Below are positions 1 through 9,611 of a stretch of 64,000 nucleotides of DNA, piece after piece. The stretch's first letter is position 1. Each line of letters starts with the position of its first letter. The notes under the pieces were generated by a model. It had not been told where the DNA came from, did not search any database, and saw only the letters and a program-made list of their open reading frames with translations. The stretch is taken from positions 3,627-67,626 of the forward strand of contig JAACJU010000010.1 of NCBI GenBank assembly GCA_021378565.1, in the 5' to 3' direction. The position numbers and the translations under genes were made by a program. The DNA is from Arcobacter sp. LC1 (GTDB lineage: Bacteria; Campylobacterota; Campylobacteria; Campylobacterales; Arcobacteraceae).

Positions 1-243
1 AAAGCTAGTTTTGTAAAGTAATTTTCTTAGCTGTTTATAGATTAAAGTCTGGGAACTCACAATGTTTTTTAAAATATTAATATTATTTTTTCTAGGATTT
101 AAGCTAAAAATTTTATTTAGCTCATAACCATTATGGCATTTTACCCTAGTGAAGAATGAAACATCAACATACAAATTTTTTATTTTTTTTTTATTTGCTC
201 TATAAAGAGCATATTGAAACATTTGGTTTCCCAAACCTCCCAT
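1..243 (-). CDS. glycosyltransferase family 11 (alpha-1,2-fucosyltransferase-like), N-terminal 81 codons; the gene continues past the left window edge
   Basis: Cut by the window edge, so absent from the ORF track. Reverse translation from ATG 243..241 reads MGGLGNQMFQYALYRANKKKIKNLYVDVSFFTRVKCHNGYELNKIFSLNPRK... with no stop down to base 1. GGLGNQMFQYA is the hallmark N-terminal motif of GT11 fucosyltransferases. Confidence 0.8.
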   Translation of the reverse strand, partial: MGGLGNQMFQYALYRANKKKIKNLYVDVSFFTRVKCHNGYELNKIFSLNPRKNNINILKNIVSSQTLIYKQLRKLLYKTSF

Positions 244-1341
244 GATAGCGATAATTTTAATTGATAATCCTTTTAAAATTATAATACAGAAAAATTACTT
301 AAAAATAGTTTTATATAGATATTGTTTTAAGATACTAAAATATTTATCTCTATTTTGCCTTGTTTACGCCTTAATAATTTGCCTATCTATTGGTAGTCAT
401 AAAAATATTAAAATCATTATCAACTTGATATTATTAGTATTAATCCATCCGTGCAGATAATGAACCGCCTTCTGGGACACTTAGAAACACTATAAAATCT
501 CACATTCTTAGAACATAGCTAAATATTTTATTTTCAATATCTATAAATCCATAAACAATAGTATTTAATTTATTTAGTTCATTTCTATATTAATTTAAAA
601 TAATGTTCATTGGATATATTGTCGCATATGTGCAAATTTATATATTTAATATATAGCAAAACATCCAAGCAATGATTCTAGTCCATTATTTATTAGATAT
701 ACAACTAAAAAAAAATTTAGAGCCTTTTGACTATTTTTATATTATTCATAGCATCTGGAATTTTACAAACAGTCCTGATACAAAAAACATTTACTTATAA
801 TTATTTTCTATAAATGTTTATAAATACATTTTTTACAAAGAGATTATAATATCCAATAATATCAAATTGATTAGTCTATGCTTTTTGTATATCTTAATAA
901 TTTTTTAGGTGCATATATTTTATTGTAAACAGCTCTTACTCTTCTTAGAATTTTATTATTTTGAAAGCATACATACATTCTCATTATACAAAAATATTCT
1001 TTTATGCAAGTGCACTTTATTTTTAAGGTAATCTTAAATATATTATCAGCTATGCTAGATATTAAATAACATTTTAGATTCTCATATTGCAGCAAATTTT
1101 GTAACGAATAGCGTCTATATTATTTTTTGTTTTTCAAGCATAGTCAATATCAGTTAAAGCATATAAAAAAATATTTAAATCTTTTCGAAATGTCACCGTA
1201 ATTTATAATAGTAGAACTACTACAACTAAAACATCTATAATAGAAAAAATGATTCCAAAGAATCTATTGTCATTTTAAAATATCTAAAACTATTTCTAGA
1301 AAGAGTAGCTATTGATAGTTTTTATTCATCTTTTATACTTC

Positions 1342-2790
1342 TTAAGTACCTTGATATAAAGTATATTGTTTTTTATTGTATTCAAATACTGCTTTATTTT
1401 GTTTGACAATAAATGCATTTTGATTTTCAATATATTCATTAATTTTACTAGGCAATTTTTTTGGACTATCTAAATATTCAAATTCTAACTCTGCATAATC
1501 TGTCATAAAACTTCTACGATTAGTAAAATTAATTATTAAGCCTAGTTTTCCTTTTTTTAAACAATCTATAAAGGCATTAGAATACTCACTTAAAAATAGG
1601 TCATTCTCTTTTATATCTTTATCTAATGTATTGTTTGAAATAGTTAAATTTTTCAATTTTAGGAATTTAACATATTGCTCAATTCTTTTTATTGAATTAA
1701 TCCCTTCATGGGAGGGATGTACCATTGCTGGATGTGTTCTTATTGTAAATCTCAAATAAGGAAATTTTTTTGCAAGATTAGCGAATTCTCTTACACTAAT
1801 ATCTGTGTCACTTCTATTAATTAAAGATGACCAATCTCCAGCATGACCAAGAATTAACAAAATATCGTTAATTTTTTTAAAAGAAGTTTCAATCATTAAC
1901 TCATCTTTTGATAGAGGTAATTTACTCAATATTTTTAATCCAAACTTTTCAAACCATTTTTTATCTATAAAGTCCTTAACTACAAATACACAATTTTTAC
2001 TAAATATATCAAGATATGTCCTTGGCATATTACTAGGATTATTACCATCGATAAAGATATAATGCTTTTTATTTAAACTTAATAAGATATTTGAGACTCT
2101 CTTATTGTAATTATGAATAGTACTGGCAAAATAATCTACTTTCAGTGAGCCTAATTTAAGTAAAAGTGAAAATAAAAAATAATTATATACACGCTTTGTT
2201 CTTATTGCATCATTTTTAATTTTTAACCTATTTGCATCTACAGTAAATAAATATTTCTTTTTATCATAGATAATGTGTTCTACATAAATTTTCCTAGTTA
2301 TTTTGCTTAATATCTTTTTAAATATATTAGATAAAAAATTATGATAAACTATTTTAGAATTTACAGAAGATAAATTTATAAATTCTGACTGCCAAACTTC
2401 GCTTGCTATGCCTAGTCCTTTTAGACAATGTGTATTATAAATTTTGTTTTTTGCTAATACTCTTTTTCTAACTATTATATTTTTATATAGCATACTTTTA
2501 TTCATAAATTTTAAAACATCAAAAGTGTGGATATTAAAAGTATTGCTAGAATTGATGTCGCATAACTCCATTTCCTTATCATCAATATAATCGCTAAATA
2601 TCTTAAACTCTATTATTTTATAATTTATATTAATTTTTATATATTCTATTTCATTATCAAATAATAAGCAAGTTGATAAAATAAGAATAGTATTGTATTT
2701 TTTAAAGTTTATATCTTCGCATAAGCTTTTTAAATCAACATTTTGATTTAAAACATACAGTACATTAAATTCATTATTTAATTGTCTCAT
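1342..2790 (-). CDS. hypothetical glycan-biosynthesis protein, possibly a GT-B type (capsule/nonulosonate-type) transferase
   Basis: 482-aa ORF whose start overlaps the upstream gene stop by 4 nt (ATGA). The C-terminal half contains LILGHAGDWSS...IRTHPAMVHP, which resembles the xHP motif of KpsS/KpsC-type and bacterial sialyltransferase-like enzymes. Function is tentative. Confidence 0.45.
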   Translation of the reverse strand: MRQLNNEFNVLYVLNQNVDLKSLCEDINFKKYNTILILSTCLLFDNEIEYIKININYKIIEFKIFSDYIDDKEMELCDINSSNTFNIHTFDVLKFMNKSMLYKNIIVRKRVLAKNKIYNTHCLKGLGIASEVWQSEFINLSSVNSKIVYHNFLSNIFKKILSKITRKIYVEHIIYDKKKYLFTVDANRLKIKNDAIRTKRVYNYFLFSLLLKLGSLKVDYFASTIHNYNKRVSNILLSLNKKHYIFIDGNNPSNMPRTYLDIFSKNCVFVVKDFIDKKWFEKFGLKILSKLPLSKDELMIETSFKKINDILLILGHAGDWSSLINRSDTDISVREFANLAKKFPYLRFTIRTHPAMVHPSHEGINSIKRIEQYVKFLKLKNLTISNNTLDKDIKENDLFLSEYSNAFIDCLKKGKLGLIINFTNRRSFMTDYAELEFEYLDSPKKLPSKINEYIENQNAFIVKQNKAVFEYNKKQYTLYQGT

Positions 2791-3497
2791 TTATAATCTT
2801 TTAACCATTTCTCAGTCCTTTTAATATCATCAAATGTGTGTACATCAAAGCATGCATCTACGAAAATAGGTTTAATATTGTTTCCTAAAAAAGTCCATGG
2901 TTTTTGTCCATTTTTAGAATAAAGTGAATTTTTCATATTCAGTACCCAAAAATTATGTCCTAAAAAATAACAAGCTTCTAATTCTTGCCTATTAGTAGAG
3001 ATTTCCTTATCGGCGAAATCAAAAAAAGCTTCTAAACTACCCTCTTTATTAAGCCTTTTTGCCCTATATGGATGATGATCTTGCTCCTGATAAACAGGAA
3101 CTTCAGCAGAAATTGAACTGTCATTTAAAATATCATTTATTCCTTTTTCAATCCATTCACTTTTTACGGTTGCTGAATTTGCTAAAAAAACAATTAAAAT
3201 ATCAGGTGTAATATTATCATTCTTTTTCATATATTCAACTGCATGAAAAATTGCGTCAATATGCCTTGCAGTCGATGAGGATAATACTTCTGGCCTTTTA
3301 ATCTTTTTAAACCCTAATTTATAAGTTATATCTAAAATCTTATCATCATCACTGCTAACATAAAAATGTGTGATTAGAGAAGTATTTTTGGCTACATTCG
3401 CAGGATAGCTTATCAAGGGTTTTCCTAATATAGGTAAAATATTTTTATTTTTTAAAGTATTATTTCCTCTTCCTGTCAATAATGCTACAATATTCAT
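2787..3497 (-). CDS. CMP-nonulosonate synthetase (acylneuraminate cytidylyltransferase family; NeuA/PseF/LegF-like)
   Basis: The N-terminus MNIVALLTGRGNNTLKNKNILPILGKPLISY fits the cytidylyltransferase P-loop pattern (ARxGSKxxxxKN...GKPLI). It sits in a nonulosonic acid locus. Confidence 0.75.
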   Translation of the reverse strand: MNIVALLTGRGNNTLKNKNILPILGKPLISYPANVAKNTSLITHFYVSSDDDKILDITYKLGFKKIKRPEVLSSSTARHIDAIFHAVEYMKKNDNITPDILIVFLANSATVKSEWIEKGINDILNDSSISAEVPVYQEQDHHPYRAKRLNKEGSLEAFFDFADKEISTNRQELEACYFLGHNFWVLNMKNSLYSKNGQKPWTFLGNNIKPIFVDACFDVHTFDDIKRTEKWLKDYK

Positions 3498-4429
3498 AAT
3501 AATACTTCTTTTGCATATTTATACATTGTTTTCATTCCATCTGATAAAGAAATTTTAGCAGTCCAGCCTAATAATTCTATTTTTGAAGAGTCCGAAATAG
3601 ACCCAAATTGATCCCCTTCATGTGAGCCAATATTTTCTATAAAAAAATCACTTTCTTCTTTATCGTTTATTTCTAAAATCAGTTTTATTAATTCCCTCAC
3701 TTTAGTAGCAGTTCCTGAACCAACATTAAAAATTTCAGAATCAGTTTTATTATCTAAACCCAATATTAGAGCATCAACAACATCATCAATATATATAAAA
3801 TCTCTATATCTCTCAAAAGAACCTGTAACAGAAATTTTGTTAGACAATATAGATTGAGCCATGAATATGCTTGCCATTCCTTGTTTCATATTTAGCATGT
3901 TTTGCCCTGGTCCATAAACATTAAAGAGCCTAAATATTGTATTTTTTATTCCATACTGCTTAAACATATTTAAATAATATTCTCCAGCAACTTTTGAAAC
4001 CCCATAGTTTGACAATGGGGATAACAAATCTTCTTCTTTTATTTTCCCTTCCTTATTTCCATATGTCGCCATAGAAGAAGAGAATATTATTTTTTTAGCG
4101 GAACACTTTCTTGCAAAATTACAAATATTCAATGTTCCTTTGATATTTGTGTCTATATCAAGATATGGTTTAACTTGTGATATAGCCCCTGATGTCTGAG
4201 CTGCGAGATGGTAAATTAAATCAAATCTCCCCCCCCCCCCCTTTTTTTTTATAATATCAAAATTTTTATATTCTCTAATATCTAATATATACTTTTCGCA
4301 TTCTAACTCAGAAGAAGCTATACGATCAGCAAGATCTATTATAGTTACACAATGACCATTTGTCTGCAATTTATTTGCTAAAGCAGTTCCAATAAAACCT
4401 GCTCCACCTGTGATTAGAATATTAGACAC
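3494..4429 (-). CDS. NAD-dependent epimerase/dehydratase (extended SDR) carrying an in-frame poly-G tract
   Basis: Rossmann motif MSNILITGGAGFIGTALANKL and catalytic YxxxK (NYGVSKVAGEYY). The ORF is intact across the A9G13 tract, which encodes KKKGGGGR. Confidence 0.85.
   Translation of the reverse strand: MSNILITGGAGFIGTALANKLQTNGHCVTIIDLADRIASSELECEKYILDIREYKNFDIIKKKGGGGRFDLIYHLAAQTSGAISQVKPYLDIDTNIKGTLNICNFARKCSAKKIIFSSSMATYGNKEGKIKEEDLLSPLSNYGVSKVAGEYYLNMFKQYGIKNTIFRLFNVYGPGQNMLNMKQGMASIFMAQSILSNKISVTGSFERYRDFIYIDDVVDALILGLDNKTDSEIFNVGSGTATKVRELIKLILEINDKEESDFFIENIGSHEGDQFGSISDSSKIELLGWTAKISLSDGMKTMYKYAKEVLL
4229..4250 (-). repeat. homopolymer: 13 C (4229-4241) then 9 T (4242-4250) on the plus strand, which is A9G13 in the sense strand of the epimerase gene
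   Basis: Counted directly from the sequence ...tcaaatct CCCCCCCCCCCCC TTTTTTTTT ataat... Confidence 0.97.
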
Positions 4430-5069
4430 ATAAATTCCTTTTAAAATATATTGAAATTAAATCGCTTGCAATATTATGGTCATGAACATCTTTAATTTCT
4501 ATGGATTCAAAATAATCAGTCTCATATAGCAAAGGTTCAGAGCCAACCATACTATTTGTTTTAATAATTTCATTCTTATTAATTATGAAAATTCCATTAG
4601 TTATTATATATATTGGCTCAATATCTTTTCGTGATACAAAATCATTAGAAAAATTTAATTTAGATTTTTTATAAAAAACATACTCTTTTCTTTTTTCTAC
4701 TGAAATAATTGATGATTTACCAGACTCAAGAAGTTTACTCCACATCTTTTCATATATATTACTACCTATAAAAGGAGACATTGAATTTGCCCAAAGGATA
4801 AATTCTGAATTAATATCCTTTACAGTATTTAATACCTTTTCCATATATGGCATATTTTTTTTTGTCTCATGAAAATTAACATTCTCTTTTAAAGCTATTT
4901 TTTTTATTGTTTGACTACTAGAACTAATATAAATATTAGTATTATCAATAAATTCTTTACACTGAGCTATCTTCCATTGTAATAATGTAGTATCACCAAA
5001 TGGAGCCAAGTCGCCAGAATAATGGTACTGATTAAAATCCTGAGCTGGTATAATAACTACTATTTTCAT
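4422..5069 (-). CDS. second cytidylyltransferase-like protein (CTP_transf_3-like fold, divergent)
   Basis: MKIVVIIPAQDFNQYHYSGDLAPFGDTTLLQWKI resembles the N-terminal nucleotide-binding strand and loop of sugar cytidylyltransferases. Overlaps the downstream gene by 8 nt. Confidence 0.5.
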   Translation of the reverse strand: MKIVVIIPAQDFNQYHYSGDLAPFGDTTLLQWKIAQCKEFIDNTNIYISSSSQTIKKIALKENVNFHETKKNMPYMEKVLNTVKDINSEFILWANSMSPFIGSNIYEKMWSKLLESGKSSIISVEKRKEYVFYKKSKLNFSNDFVSRKDIEPIYIITNGIFIINKNEIIKTNSMVGSEPLLYETDYFESIEIKDVHDHNIASDLISIYFKRNLCV

Positions 5070-5839
5070 AGTATTCTCCTTCTTAATTCTGGAAGTCTTT
5101 TAACTTCATTTTTAATCTGTAAAACACCAAACTCCCTTTTTGACAATATATATAATTCTTCAAACTTCAATGATTCTTTTAGCGCTTGAGCATTTTTAAA
5201 AAATATTTTTGTTGGTAAAATAATTTTTCTAGTTTCCATCTTATATATAATTTCTTTTAAACTTGGATAATTTTTGTTTATTATATTTAGTGTCTTACAC
5301 GATATACTCCCACCGACTGTGAAAGTCAAGTTAGAATCATTTACTTTTTTTCCAATTTTTTGAAGAAGTTCAAAAGTAAAGCTACTGTCTGGTTTAATAT
5401 TATCATTAAAATATGAAGCAGTTAGGTCAGATCTTCCGATGGTTATATTATTAAATTTATCTATTGCGAATTCAAGTATTTCATCTATTGATTTAATAGA
5501 ATTTTTAGTTTCTATATTTAAAGTTGAATGAATTTTATGCCTTCCGTAAACTTTTTTCAATGAATCAAAAAATTTTTTTGCACCAAATTTACTTTCAACC
5601 ATTGGAGCTATAATACCATCAACACCAATTTCTAGTGCGTCATTTATATCTCTTATGGCCTCGACACCGCCTATTTTTAAATATAATTTAATTCCAGCCT
5701 GTAAGGTTAGTCTTCTTAATCTCGTTAAATCACGAAAAGAAGAACCTTCAGCCTCAAACTCTGCTTTAATTCCTTGCAATTTATACTCATCACGAAGAAT
5801 ACAAAGTTGTTCATAAAGTTTTTTTTCAATTCCAAACAT
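5066..5839 (-). CDS. HpcH/HpaI-type aldolase/lyase-like TIM-barrel protein (tentative)
   Basis: GVDGIIAPMVESKFGAKKF resembles the PMVE(S/T) motif of the HpcH/HpaI/citrate-lyase-beta family. 4-nt overlap with the downstream gene. Confidence 0.4.
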   Translation of the reverse strand: MFGIEKKLYEQLCILRDEYKLQGIKAEFEAEGSSFRDLTRLRRLTLQAGIKLYLKIGGVEAIRDINDALEIGVDGIIAPMVESKFGAKKFFDSLKKVYGRHKIHSTLNIETKNSIKSIDEILEFAIDKFNNITIGRSDLTASYFNDNIKPDSSFTFELLQKIGKKVNDSNLTFTVGGSISCKTLNIINKNYPSLKEIIYKMETRKIILPTKIFFKNAQALKESLKFEELYILSKREFGVLQIKNEVKRLPELRRRIL

Positions 5840-6540
5840 ATTTATCCTAATCTAGATTCTTTATATCTTAACTTATATTTTTTATTTTCATAATATAACT
5901 TATTATATCATTTTTGCTTTTAAATTTTTAAAATTATCTAGTACCCTCAACACAGAAGCCTAAAAATTAGTGTTGCACTTCCAAGTTGAATGGGCAGTAT
6001 TAAACAATCTTGACTAAATCATCGGGGAGGGGTGAATTGTGTCAGCCTTTTAAAATATCTTGAAGCTATCAAAAAGCTTGATTTTACCGCAAATCCTATG
6101 AAATCTTAAATTCTACGATCAAAAAGAAAGACTAAAACTAAAGGCACATTTGCTAAATAGAATCTTCTTTTAAAATTATGTATTTATCAACTCAGGACTT
6201 CAAAATAAATGGAAAAACTTAAGTTAAGAAATTGGCCTGAAATTTATCCCGAACTTTCATATTTTTCAGCGAAATTATGGAAAAATATACAAAGTAGATG
6301 AAAGATGTTGGTGGGTTTACACAGTTTAGTTTATAGTCTCTTTAAAACTCATTCTCAAGTGAGGTTAAACCTATAAAATTTTTTCTTGTATTTGGAAAAT
6401 TTATATGCTAATTCTTCTAAATTTAATATTGCTGAAGTCTAAATTCTTTAAATTATTTACTAGATATTATTCTATCCAATAATTTAGGTTTCAAGGTTTA
6501 CAATTTATTTTTATGGTCTCTAAGAGGGATAAATTATTTT

Positions 6541-7611
6541 TTAATAGTTTGTTATCAACATATCACAAAAATCTAATTTTCCTATCTCCATTATAATACT
6601 TGAATAAGTTAATCCTGCTCCAAAACCAGCTAGCATACAATTGTAAGTCTTTTTTGTAATATCGTTATGAACATTATGGCAAATACATACTGGTATAGTC
6701 GAACTATTAGAATTACCATAATATGTAACAACATTGCTAGGAACTTTATTTTTAGCCACACCTAATTTTTGAGATAATTTATCCACCATAAATTTATTTG
6801 GCTGATGAAAGAAATAGTAATCTAAATCATCTTTATTTATTTTTGCAAATTCTAATGTTTCATTGATATATTTAGGTATATCTTGCATAACGTATTGAAA
6901 AACAGCCTGCCCATCCATATGAACACTTTTTATATTTTTATTAAATCCATATTTAGAAGAGGAATATTTTTCAATCTCTTCTTGAGAATTATCTCTAAAT
7001 CCTAAGGCAGGAAATATGAGGGCATCATATTTTGAAGAATCAATAATTGTATGCAAAAAAATAGGAAGATTTTTTTCACAATTTTCAACAACAGTTATTG
7101 TAATCGCATCACCCGATAATGGATAACCACTAGTATTGCTTCTGTCTGGATTTTTCGCAAGCACATCACCTGTAATTAATATAACTTTATTCATATTATC
7201 ATTATTTAAAAGCATAAAGGCTTGCAATAAGCCATTAGCATAACCAGCACATTGCTGATTTGTATCCATACAAAAAACACTATTATCTAAATCTAAATTT
7301 GACATAATAAGATTTGACGTTCCAGGCATTAAAAAGTCTGGAGTAGTTGATGATAAAATAATAGCAGAAATATCTTCTTTTTCTAAAATATGATTATCAA
7401 ACATATATCTAAGCCCAAATGTAGCTATTTTTGAAACATAACTATCACTTTTGAAAAGACGATGTTTTTCATAACCCATAGTTTTTTGAAGTTTTCTATT
7501 TTGTTTCTCTGAAAGATTGTTAAGCTTCATATCATCTTCAAAATTATATTCTGTTTCAGGCAAAAGAGACAATATACTTGTTATCTTCTTTCCATAAAAT
7601 GTAGTTTTCAT
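6541..7611 (-). CDS. 3-oxoacyl-ACP synthase III (FabH-like KAS III), copy 1
   Basis: Cys-His-Asn triad contexts: NQQCAGYANGLLQA, FFHQPNKFMVDKL, YGNSNSSTIP. Confidence 0.8.
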   Translation of the reverse strand: MKTTFYGKKITSILSLLPETEYNFEDDMKLNNLSEKQNRKLQKTMGYEKHRLFKSDSYVSKIATFGLRYMFDNHILEKEDISAIILSSTTPDFLMPGTSNLIMSNLDLDNSVFCMDTNQQCAGYANGLLQAFMLLNNDNMNKVILITGDVLAKNPDRSNTSGYPLSGDAITITVVENCEKNLPIFLHTIIDSSKYDALIFPALGFRDNSQEEIEKYSSSKYGFNKNIKSVHMDGQAVFQYVMQDIPKYINETLEFAKINKDDLDYYFFHQPNKFMVDKLSQKLGVAKNKVPSNVVTYYGNSNSSTIPVCICHNVHNDITKKTYNCMLAGFGAGLTYSSIIMEIGKLDFCDMLITNY

Positions 7612-7833
7612 ATCTTTTCTCCAGCTATTTTATCTTTATATGCACAAAATAAGCCATTCTAACCCTTTTTTGCTAATTTGATTTTTTAGTAATTTTTTAT
7701 TACTAATACTTATTTAATGTAACACTTAAAATTCTTAATATATAATTTGCCAATAAGATTATCTATCTAATCAATTGTTTTATTATAAAATAAAAAAATA
7801 TTTTTATATTTTCTATTTTTAATTTAAAATATG

Positions 7834-8064
7834 TTAAACAGTACCACCACTTTTAACTATTAATTTTTTTATTCTTTCTATGCTCGAAAAATTTTCAGGA
7901 AGAATATCTTCACCATTAATTACAATATTAAATTTTTCTTCAAATTCTGTTACTAATGTAATAACATCAAAGCTATCAAGCATACCTTCATCTATAAAAT
8001 CTATATCATTTAAAAAATCATATTCTGGTCTTGTATCGATTAGTATTTTTCTTATTTTCTCCAC
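7834..8064 (-). CDS. carrier protein (DltC-like / acyl or aminoacyl carrier)
   Basis: 76 aa with the phosphopantetheine-serine context FIDEGMLDSFDVITLV. Lies directly downstream of the adenylating enzyme. Confidence 0.75.
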   Translation of the reverse strand: MEKIRKILIDTRPEYDFLNDIDFIDEGMLDSFDVITLVTEFEEKFNIVINGEDILPENFSSIERIKKLIVKSGGTV

Positions 8065-8075
8065 TATTGTTTCCT

Positions 8076-9602
8076 TTATCTATACTTAGATTTGAGTAAA
8101 ATTTTATCAATTTTCCCATTATGATTTAATGGCAAATTATCAATTTTATGATATTTAGTTGGCACCATATACTTAGGTAAAATATTCATTAATGATAATT
8201 TTATTTGTTTATCTATATCGTCTATGTTTTTAGAAGTATAAATAAGTATTATTTTTCTTTTAATATCATCATAAAAACTTATACAGTCATCTACATCATT
8301 TAATGATATAGCAGCAGTTTCTATCTCCCCTAATTCTATTCTATAACCTAAATGTTTTATTTGATTATCTTTTCTTCCACAGAAAATCAAAAGTCCTTCA
8401 TCATCATACATTGCTAAATCACCTGTGCGATAAATAATATCTGGATAATCATTATGCAATGGATTTTGAACAAAAACTTCTTTTGTTTTCTTTGCATTTT
8501 TGTAATAACCTGGAGAAATACTTGTTCCCAAAACACACATTTCTCCAATTTTATCTTTATCTTTTATTAAATCATCTTTTTCATCTAAAATAAGTATTCT
8601 TTTATTTTCAATACTTTTTCCTATCGGCAATGATTCTTTTTCGGTATACTCTTTGTCCACAATATAATATGTTGAATTAACAGTCCCTTCTGTGAAACCA
8701 TAAAGATTAGCAATAAAATTAAGTTTTGGGAGTTTATTTTTTATATAATTAAGATGTTTTACGGGCATAACTTCACCCCCAAACATAATAGTCTTTATTT
8801 TATCTAATACTATTTTATCAAGAGCTTTAAAATTGGATAAACTAATAAGCGCAGAAGGAACCCAAAACAAAAAATTAACATTATTTTTTTTTATAAATTC
8901 TACTACTTTGATTGGAAAAGCAAAAAGTTTTTCTGGGATAATTATCATTGTCGCACTTTGTTTAAGTGTTGCATAAACATCTTGTGTAGTAATATCAAAA
9001 TATAGTGCAGATTGGTTTCCAAAAATAGTTTTTTTATTAATAGGCAGTTTATTACAAGCCCAATCAATATAGTCAATAATATTTTTATGATTAATTGTCA
9101 CACCCTTGGGCACTCCTGTTGATCCTGAAGTAAAATATGTATACACAAGGTCTGTATCTACTGAATTTTTTTCATTAGATTTATAGGAATATATATCTTT
9201 TGAAAAGTCAATTAAATCATAACATATAATCTGTTCTTCTTTTATTCCTAAATCCAAAATCTTTTTTTTATTGTTTGAATTTGTTATCACAAGAGAAGGA
9301 GAAAGTGTTTTGATTAAACTTTGAATCTTTTTTTTTGGAAAATCTATACTAGTTGGAGTATAAAAATTTCCACTATAAACGATGCCAAGCATTGAAACAA
9401 TAGCTTCGATACTTTTTGGTAAAAAAACAAGGATAGCTTTATTTTGTGTATAAGATATTTTTTTAATTATTTCATTAGAAATAGCTAGTGCGAGATGTTT
9501 GCACTCAGCAAATGTTATTGATTTATTTTCATCAATAAATGCTATTTTATTTTTATTTTTTAAGCAACTATCTTCTAGATATTCTAAAACTGATTTATTC
9601 AA
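8076..9602 (-). CDS. AMP-dependent ligase, DltA-like (amino-acid or acid:carrier-protein ligase)
   Basis: Adenylation core motifs are present: YFTSGSTGVPKGV, FGGEVMP, YGFTEGT, YRTGDLA, GRKDNQIKHLGYRIELGEIE, NHNGKIDK. Confidence 0.85.
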   Translation of the reverse strand: MNKSVLEYLEDSCLKNKNKIAFIDENKSITFAECKHLALAISNEIIKKISYTQNKAILVFLPKSIEAIVSMLGIVYSGNFYTPTSIDFPKKKIQSLIKTLSPSLVITNSNNKKKILDLGIKEEQIICYDLIDFSKDIYSYKSNEKNSVDTDLVYTYFTSGSTGVPKGVTINHKNIIDYIDWACNKLPINKKTIFGNQSALYFDITTQDVYATLKQSATMIIIPEKLFAFPIKVVEFIKKNNVNFLFWVPSALISLSNFKALDKIVLDKIKTIMFGGEVMPVKHLNYIKNKLPKLNFIANLYGFTEGTVNSTYYIVDKEYTEKESLPIGKSIENKRILILDEKDDLIKDKDKIGEMCVLGTSISPGYYKNAKKTKEVFVQNPLHNDYPDIIYRTGDLAMYDDEGLLIFCGRKDNQIKHLGYRIELGEIETAAISLNDVDDCISFYDDIKRKIILIYTSKNIDDIDKQIKLSLMNILPKYMVPTKYHKIDNLPLNHNGKIDKILLKSKYR

Positions 9603-9611
9603 TTATAATCC

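Noticed and set aside
242-460. 72-aa hydrophobic plus-strand ORF
   Set aside because: It overlaps the start and RBS region of the minus-strand GT11 gene. It has no RBS and is Ile/Leu/Lys-rich AT-driven sequence, so it is likely spurious.
871-1095. 74-aa minus-strand ORF in the 1.1-kb desert
   Set aside because: No recognisable motif, RBS or operon coupling. It is kept only as part of the 'possible gene remnant' finding.
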